Below are positions 53,585-64,000 of a DNA stretch of 64,000 nt, piece after piece; the stretch's first letter is position 1, and the number at the start of each line of letters is the position of its first letter. Under the pieces are notes generated by a model that saw only the letters and a program-made list of their open reading frames with translations, was not told where the DNA came from and searched no databases. The stretch comes from Mycobacterium sp. (GTDB lineage: Bacteria; Actinomycetota; Actinomycetes; Mycobacteriales; Mycobacteriaceae), in assembly GCA_036558625.1 (NCBI GenBank), contig DATBFF010000222.1:1309-65308 (forward strand). The letters are read 5' to 3'. The position numbers and the translations under genes were made by a program.

Positions 53585-53650
53585 GCCGCGAGCGTGCGTG
53601 TCGGCACCCCGACACGCCGAGAAAACGCGGACAATGCGCACGCTCGCGGC
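53585..53650. repeat. REP-like hairpin downstream of aldR
   Basis: Perfect 14-bp arms gccgcgagcgtgcg / cgcacgctcgcggc. Confidence 0.7.
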
Positions 53651-53688
53651 GATGCGAACGTGCGCTTTCTCCGCAAAGCGAGCGCTAG

Positions 53689-54889
<1,201 letters not shown>

Positions 54890-54893
<4 letters not shown>

Positions 54894-55345
54894 CCAAGAC
54901 GCTGCTGATCGTGCACCACACCCCGTCGCCGCACTGCCAGGAGATGTTCGAGGCGACAGTGGCCGGGGCGACCGACCCAGAAATCGAGGGCGTCGAAGTC
55001 GTGCGCCGCCCGGCACTCACAGTCTCGCCGGTCGAGATGCTGGAAGCCGACGGCTATTTGCTCGGCACCCCCGCGAACCTCGGATACCTCAGCGGTGCGA
55101 TGAAGCACGCGTTCGACTGTGCCTACTATCAACTTCTCGACGCCGCCCGTGGGCGTCCGTTCGGTATCTACCTACACGGCAACGAAGGAACCGAGGGAGC
55201 CGAGCGCGGTCTGCGGGCCATCACCACAGGCCTCGGATGGGCACAGGCGGCGGAGACGGTCATCGTGATGGGCAAACCGAGCAAGGCCGATCTCGAGGCG
55301 TGCTGGAACCTCGGCGCGACAGTCGCCGCCGCACTGATGGAATAA
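54890..55345 (+). CDS. Flavodoxin family protein (Rv2771c-like)
   Basis: LLIVHHTPSP, LGTPANLGYLSGAMKHAFD, HGNEGTEGA. Confidence 0.85.
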
Positions 55346-55386
55346 GTCGCACGGCTGAACTCATATGCCCCTGGTTTGATGCACTC

Positions 55387-56364
55387 ATGCGAGGATCCCG
55401 CGTCAAACCCAGTCTGCGCAGCGAACTCGTCGCTGCGGTGGCATACCTGACTCTTCGACCGTGGTCCGCGTTCATCCCGGCAAACCGATTCGGAGTCGCT
55501 CTTGTCCGGATCAACCTGCGGATGGCCTGTCTACTCAGCCGCCCAGTTCACGGCAGCCGCGTAAAGCAGGTGCGCGAATCGATAGGTGGTGAATGGGTGC
55601 GCGCCCCAGGCGCTGACGAGGATGCCGGGGTGGTGATGCTGTTGCACGGAAGCGGCTATATCGGCTGCTCGCCGAAAACGCATCGCGGTTTCGCTTCACA
55701 CATCTCGCGGTATTCGGGGTTGCCGGTGTTCGTGCCGCGCTACCGCCTGGCACCAGAACACCCGTTCCCCGCTGCCGCCGACGACGCCTACCTCGCCTAC
55801 CGGTGGTTGCTTGGCCGGGGATACGACGCCGCCAAGGTCACGCTGGTGGGCGATTCGGCGGGCGGTCATCTGGCCATCGCGCTGGCCGCCCAGGCGCGCG
55901 CCGAGGATCTTCCCCTGCCGTCGGCACTCGTCCTGTTCGGCCCGCTCATCGACCCGTCGTTCAAGATTGCGATGGCCGATTCCCGAACCCAATACAATCC
56001 GATCGACCCGAGCGTTGGACGCCGGTTCCTCGATCTCTATGTCGGTAGCCACGACATCGACGATCCTCGGTTATCGCTGCTTCGCGTAGCGGCGGCCGGA
56101 CTGCCGCCGATTGAACTGCACTACGGGACCCTCGAAGTCATGCGCGCCGAGGCAGAACTGTTCGCATCTCGCGTCAAGCAGGCGGGTGGATCCTGCGACC
56201 AGTACGTCTGGCCGAACCTGGTGCACGGGTACTGGCTATTCCCACGCCTCGTTCCAGAGGCGATGGAAAGCGTTCGCACTGCCGGGCAATTCCTCCACGA
56301 CGCCGTCCGATCGCCGGCTCCCGGTCGAGAAGCCGATCCGCACCTCGCGGGCGGGAATCGTTGA
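55387..56364 (+). CDS. HSL-family esterase/lipase
   Basis: LHGSGY, YRLAPEHPFPAA, GDSAGG, LVHGY. Start uncertain. Confidence 0.88.
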   Translation: MRGSRVKPSLRSELVAAVAYLTLRPWSAFIPANRFGVALVRINLRMACLLSRPVHGSRVKQVRESIGGEWVRAPGADEDAGVVMLLHGSGYIGCSPKTHRGFASHISRYSGLPVFVPRYRLAPEHPFPAAADDAYLAYRWLLGRGYDAAKVTLVGDSAGGHLAIALAAQARAEDLPLPSALVLFGPLIDPSFKIAMADSRTQYNPIDPSVGRRFLDLYVGSHDIDDPRLSLLRVAAAGLPPIELHYGTLEVMRAEAELFASRVKQAGGSCDQYVWPNLVHGYWLFPRLVPEAMESVRTAGQFLHDAVRSPAPGREADPHLAGGNR

Positions 56365-56415
56365 GCTGCGACCGGTTTGGAGGTGTTCATCGTGCTGACC
56401 GTTGAAAGGATTAGG

Positions 56416-56619
56416 TCAAGTGGAATCCGCCTCCTGCGGCGGGGCAAGAAGGGCAACCGCGATGTTCAGCGGGCCGAGCATGAGCAACGCCAAAACGAAG
56501 AACACCGCGCGGTTGTACTTCTTTTGTGCCGCAAGCGAAGCGGCCACACTGGCGCATGTCAGCTGATAGACCGCGGTCACCAGCACGCCGAGAACGATGA
56601 GCATCACAACGACATTCAT
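56416..56619 (-). CDS. Possible small two-TM membrane protein
   Basis: MNVVVMLIVLGVLVTAVY...KKYNRAVFFVLALLMLGPLNIAVALL; hydrophobic pattern only. Confidence 0.5.
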   Translation of the reverse strand: MNVVVMLIVLGVLVTAVYQLTCASVAASLAAQKKYNRAVFFVLALLMLGPLNIAVALLAPPQEADST

Positions 56620-56770
56620 GGCCCATGATTGCATCCGGGCACCCACGCATCGCCCATATGCCGCACGTGTCCGGGGCCTGAGACCTGGTGATTCGAACGA
56701 CCACGCTAAGCGGGTACGAACCAGGGGGCTACGTTGGCCGCGGTGCTGATGGCGTGATAGGGAAGCACGT

Positions 56771-57220
56771 ATGCCAGGAATCGCCGAACTCGCACTGGGC
56801 GCAGCGCCTATCTTCGGGGGCGCGCTGCTCGGCGCCGTGGCGGGCCAAGTCAAAGGGCCCGACTTCCGCGGTCAGATCAAAACCGATCTCGACCTGCTCG
56901 ATCGGCTGCCAGCGGAGGAGACCGAACGCCGTGCCGCGCTGCAGCGCACAATCGACCAGCGCATAGACGACCTCGTTGCGGCCAGCGACCGCAGTAGGGA
57001 GCTGCGGTCGCTGGCCAGCTCCTACGAGGGCAACTGGCGTGACATCGTGTTGTTTCTGTCCGCTGTCCTGTTCACGGTCGTGTGGTGGAACGTCGAGCAC
57101 TCCCGCAACTACTGGATCTTCATGTTCGTGGTGATGATCATCGTGTCGGTGGTCAGCGGCATCTATGCGCTTCGCGGGTTCCGGCGCAGCATCGCGGTGC
57201 TGCTGCACCGGGGCGGCTAG
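56771..57220 (+). CDS. Hypothetical membrane protein
   Basis: N-terminal hydrophobic stretch, coiled region, two C-terminal TM segments; GGAAG upstream. Confidence 0.7.
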   Translation: MPGIAELALGAAPIFGGALLGAVAGQVKGPDFRGQIKTDLDLLDRLPAEETERRAALQRTIDQRIDDLVAASDRSRELRSLASSYEGNWRDIVLFLSAVLFTVVWWNVEHSRNYWIFMFVVMIIVSVVSGIYALRGFRRSIAVLLHRGG

Positions 57221-57951
57221 AGCGCCGAATCGAACAGCGCCTTGAGCGCGAGCCAGTGCCGCTCGGCAGCCTCTTCGTCATACGGCGCATTGTCGGGCAC
57301 CGCGAACCCGTGCCCGGCGTGATACGTCTCGATCGTGTGCGTAACCCCTGCGGCGTCCAATGCCTTAGCGAGGGTCTCGGCCTGGCTGCGCGTGAACGAG
57401 CCGTCGTTCTCGGCGGCTCCGACGTAGATCGTCGCCTGCATCCGGTCGGCCTGCAGATGCGGGCTGTCGGCGGTGTCGGTTACCAGCCCGCCGCCGTGGA
57501 TCGAGCCCGCGGCGGCGACGCGCTCGGGTTGGCGGCCGGCCACGATCAGCGACGCGCGTCCGCCCATGCAGTAGCCGCAGACGCCGAACCGCTCGCCGGC
57601 CACCTCGGGTCGCTGCGCCAGGAAGTCGAAGAACGCCGCCGCGTCGGCAGACCACATGTCGGCGGTCACGCTGCCGATCATCTTGAACAGCCGGGCACGC
57701 TCCTTCGGGTCGGTGAACGCGGTCTCCATCGAGAACGGCTGCCATTCGCCGTGGCGGTAGTACACGTCCGGCAGCAGCACCGCATAGCCGAAGCCGGCCA
57801 TCGTGTCGGCCATCTCATGGAAGGTTGCGCGCACGCCGCCGGCGTCGGGATACATCACCACCCCCGGCCACGGACCCGTGCCGTTGGGCGTGTGCAGGGT
57901 GACGGGGCAGGAGCCGTCGGATGTGGTGACGTTCGCGGAGACACTCGGCAT
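57217..57951 (-). CDS. Dienelactone hydrolase family protein (Rv2765-like)
   Basis: YPDAGG, GYCMGG (Cys nucleophile), HGG, GHGFAV. Confidence 0.92.
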   Translation of the reverse strand: MPSVSANVTTSDGSCPVTLHTPNGTGPWPGVVMYPDAGGVRATFHEMADTMAGFGYAVLLPDVYYRHGEWQPFSMETAFTDPKERARLFKMIGSVTADMWSADAAAFFDFLAQRPEVAGERFGVCGYCMGGRASLIVAGRQPERVAAAGSIHGGGLVTDTADSPHLQADRMQATIYVGAAENDGSFTRSQAETLAKALDAAGVTHTIETYHAGHGFAVPDNAPYDEEAAERHWLALKALFDSAL

Positions 57952-57993
57952 GGTGTAGTTCTACTCGCCGGGCTCGGACGTAAGCTGACCGAC

Positions 57994-58794
57994 GTGCCCA
58001 TAGCCATGCCGTATGAGGATCTGCTACGTCTCGCGCTGCAGGCGGGTACGGCGAAATCCGACCGCACCGGCACCGGCACCCGAAGCCTGTTCGGCCAGCA
58101 GATCCGATTCGACCTCTCCGCGGGCTTCCCACTGATCACCACCAAGAAGGTGCACATCAAGTCGGTCGTCTACGAGTTGCTGTGGTTTCTGCGTGGTGAC
58201 AGCAACGTCGGGTGGCTACAGGAGCACGGTGTCACCATTTGGGACGAATGGGCTTCGGAAACAGGCGATCTCGGGCCGATCTATGGGGTGCAGTGGCGGT
58301 CGTGGCCGACGCCGTCCGGCGAGCACATCGACCAGATCAGTGCCGCCCTGCACCTACTGCGCACCGACCCGGACTCGCGGCGGATCATCGTCTCCGCGTG
58401 GAACGTCGCGCAGATCCCGCAGATGGCGCTGGCGCCGTGCCATGCGCTGTTCCAGTTCTATGTCGCCGACGGAAGGCTGAGCTGCCAGCTGTATCAGCGC
58501 AGTGCAGACCTGTTCCTGGGCGTGCCGTTCAACATCGCCAGCTATGCATTGCTGACACACATGATGGCCGCACAAGCCGGCCTCGGCGTCGGCGAATTCG
58601 TCTGGACCGGCGGTGACTGCCACATCTACGACAACCACGTCGAACAGGTCACTGAGCAACTCAGCCGAGAGCCACGGCCCTACCCGGAACTCATGCTCGC
58701 AGAACGTGATTCGCTGTTCGACTACACGTACGACGACGTCACGATCCTCAACTACGACCCGCACCCGGCGATCAAGGCGCCTGTGGCCGTATGA
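57994..58794 (+). CDS. thyA: Thymidylate synthase
   Basis: [44 protein letters not shown]. Start GTG 57994 or ATG 58006. Confidence 0.97.
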   Translation: MPIAMPYEDLLRLALQAGTAKSDRTGTGTRSLFGQQIRFDLSAGFPLITTKKVHIKSVVYELLWFLRGDSNVGWLQEHGVTIWDEWASETGDLGPIYGVQWRSWPTPSGEHIDQISAALHLLRTDPDSRRIIVSAWNVAQIPQMALAPCHALFQFYVADGRLSCQLYQRSADLFLGVPFNIASYALLTHMMAAQAGLGVGEFVWTGGDCHIYDNHVEQVTEQLSREPRPYPELMLAERDSLFDYTYDDVTILNYDPHPAIKAPVAV

Positions 58795-58823
58795 GGCCTG
58801 CTCGCAGGGCCGAACATCGATGA
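58791..58823 (+). other. Coupled mini-[13 protein letters not shown] bridging thyA and dfrA
   Basis: ATGA overlaps at both ends (58791-58794 and 58820-58823). Confidence 0.6.
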
Positions 58824-59341
58824 AGAGTTCAGTGAGCCTGATCTGGGCTCAGTCGATCTCGGGCGTGATCGGCCGTTCCGGCGACATCCCGTGGCGCCTG
58901 CCCGAGGACATGTCCCGATTCAAGGATCTGACGATGGGTCACACGGTGGTGATGGGCCGGCGCACATGGGAGTCGTTGCCCGACCGGTTCCGGCCGCTGC
59001 CGGGTCGCCGGAATGTCGTACTGACGCGGCAAACCGACTACGCGGCAGAAGGGGCCGAGGTCGTCACGTCGTTCCAGGACGCACTCGCCCTCGACGATGC
59101 TCTTCGCCCGAGAGGCTCATCGGAAGACGACGTGTGGGTGATCGGCGGCGCGGAGATCTACGCGCTCGGTCTGCCACACGCCGCCCGCTGCGAAGTCACC
59201 GAGGTGGACATCCACATGCCTCGCCAGGACGACGACGCCGTCGCACCGGTGCTCGACGAGAGCTGGGTGGCGCACGACGGAGAGTGGCAGGTCAGTCGCA
59301 CCGGCCTGCGCTACCGGTTCAGTAGCTACCGGCGGCGATGA
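58820..59341 (+). CDS. dfrA: Dihydrofolate reductase with an internal loop insertion
   Basis: [47 protein letters not shown]. Confidence 0.96.
   Translation: MKSSVSLIWAQSISGVIGRSGDIPWRLPEDMSRFKDLTMGHTVVMGRRTWESLPDRFRPLPGRRNVVLTRQTDYAAEGAEVVTSFQDALALDDALRPRGSSEDDVWVIGGAEIYALGLPHAARCEVTEVDIHMPRQDDDAVAPVLDESWVAHDGEWQVSRTGLRYRFSSYRRR
59096..59121 (-). repeat. Reverse-orientation GATGAGC..GCGAAGA element inside dfrA
   Basis: Reverse complement gatgagcctctcgggcgaagagcatc; encodes DALRPRGSS in DfrA. Confidence 0.75.
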
Positions 59342-59364
59342 GCGCTCGCGCGAAGAGCAGATGA
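59338..59364 (+). repeat. GATGAGC..GCGAAGA element forming the mini-[11 protein letters not shown] between dfrA and the next gene
   Basis: ATG overlaps the dfrA TGA; its TGA overlaps the ATG at 59361. Confidence 0.85.
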
Positions 59365-60581
59365 GTCGGCTGACGACCCTGACGGCCGACCAGGCGCGCC
59401 GGGTCGGGGTCGCGGCTCAAGGCTTCGCTGAAGTCAAACTCCGCGGGCCTCTCACCAGGGCTCATCTGCGCCGTTTGATTTCGAGAATCCAAGTGCTCCA
59501 ACTTGATTCGGTATCGGTTGCGGTGCGTGCGCACTACGCGCCGGTATTCAGCCGACTCGGCCCATACGACCGCGACGTTGTGGACCGCGCGGCTTGGAGC
59601 CACAGTGCCCGCTCGCCGCGGCTGCTGGTCGAGTACTGGGCACACGAGGCCGCGCTGATGTCCGTCGACGACTGGCCGCTTCTGCGCTGGCGGATGCGCG
59701 AGCTGCGCCACGGACGGTGGGGCACGCACATCGTCAAGGCCAACCCGCGGCTAGCCGACGAGATCGTCGCTGCGGTCGCCGAACTCGGCCCCTGCACGGC
59801 CGGCCAGATCGAGGCTTATCTGGCCGCCGAGCCGCGCTCCCGCAAGGGCCCGTGGTGGGACCGCAGCGAGACCAAATGGGTGGCCGAAGCTCTTTTCGCC
59901 GCGGGCGTGCTGACGACGGCGACGCGGGTGGGCTTCGCGCGGCATTACGACCTGTCCGAACGGGTATTGCCGGCCGATGTATTGACGCGGGAGGTCCCCG
60001 ACGACGAGGCGCTCAGGCAGTTGACGTTGCGCGGCGCCACCGCCCTGGGCGTCGGGACCGAGGCGGACATTCGCGACTACTTCCGCCTGTCGGCGCAACA
60101 AGTGAAGCCGGTGCTGGCGGAGCTGGTGGCATCGGGGGAGCTGGAGCGCGTCGAAGTCAAGGGTTGGACGGCGCCGGCGTATCTGCGGACAGGCGCCACC
60201 GTGCCCCGTGTCGACCGGGGTACGGCGCTGCTGTGCCCGTTTGACCCGCTGGTCTTCTTCCGGCCGAGGGTGCAGCGGCTGTTCGGCTTTCACTACCGCA
60301 TCGAGATCTACACGCCCGCCGCCAGACGGCAGTACGGCTACTACGTGTGGCCGTTTTTGCTCGACGGCCGGCTCGTCGCCCGGGTGGACCTCAAGGCCGA
60401 CCGGTCCGACGACGCGCTGCAGGTGCTCGGCGCGTTCGTCGAGCCTGGGCAGTCACCGGCACGGGTGGCGTCCGCACTGGCGACCGAGCTGGAATCGATG
60501 GCGTCGTGGCTTTCGCTGGGCAAGGTCCGCGTCGGCGACCGCGGCGATCTGGCGGCCGTCCTTCGCCGAGTGTGGGCCTAA
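59361..60581 (+). CDS. HTH_42 / YcaQ-like crosslink-repair DNA glycosylase family protein
   Basis: IQVLQLDSVSV (QxD), EYWAHEA, LLCPFDPLV..R.R..RLFGFHYRIEIYTP...RQYGYY. Confidence 0.85.
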   Translation: MSRLTTLTADQARRVGVAAQGFAEVKLRGPLTRAHLRRLISRIQVLQLDSVSVAVRAHYAPVFSRLGPYDRDVVDRAAWSHSARSPRLLVEYWAHEAALMSVDDWPLLRWRMRELRHGRWGTHIVKANPRLADEIVAAVAELGPCTAGQIEAYLAAEPRSRKGPWWDRSETKWVAEALFAAGVLTTATRVGFARHYDLSERVLPADVLTREVPDDEALRQLTLRGATALGVGTEADIRDYFRLSAQQVKPVLAELVASGELERVEVKGWTAPAYLRTGATVPRVDRGTALLCPFDPLVFFRPRVQRLFGFHYRIEIYTPAARRQYGYYVWPFLLDGRLVARVDLKADRSDDALQVLGAFVEPGQSPARVASALATELESMASWLSLGKVRVGDRGDLAAVLRRVWA

Positions 60582-60656
60582 TGGACGAAAATCCGCCGGT
60601 ATCCATCCATAACGCCCACGCTCGACGCCGAGCCCGGCCGGATAGGCTTGCCAACC

Positions 60657-64000
<3,344 letters not shown>

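Overview
GC-rich mycobacterial (Mycobacterium/Mycolicibacterium-like) chromosomal segment, collinear in reverse orientation with the M. tuberculosis Rv2854-Rv2752c region. Backbone: mqo, cobalamin genes (chelatase, cobO, cobB, cysG), two efpA-like pumps, proS, rimP-nusA-ylxR-infB-rbfA-nrnA, dinF, pptH-pptT-truB, sirR, ribF, rpsO, pnp-pepR, class A beta-lactamase, ald/aldR, dapB, thyA-dfrA, thyX-dapA-rnj. The main accessory feature is a ~13.5 kb block between nrnA and dinF. It encodes a TIR-transmembrane-NHL beta-propeller receptor-like protein, two tandem zinc ribbon-class III cyclase-AAA ATPase proteins with non-canonical catalytic residues, a papain-like peptidase, and two secreted serine hydrolases preceded by a shared palindromic motif. 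A second notable signal is a ~25-33 bp interspersed repeat (core GATGAGC..GCGAAGA). It forms translationally coupled mini-ORFs at gene junctions and sits in frame inside genes including dfrA. No rRNA, tRNA, CRISPR array, integrase or transposase was recognised. Orthology calls come from recalled sequence motifs and gene order, not database searches.
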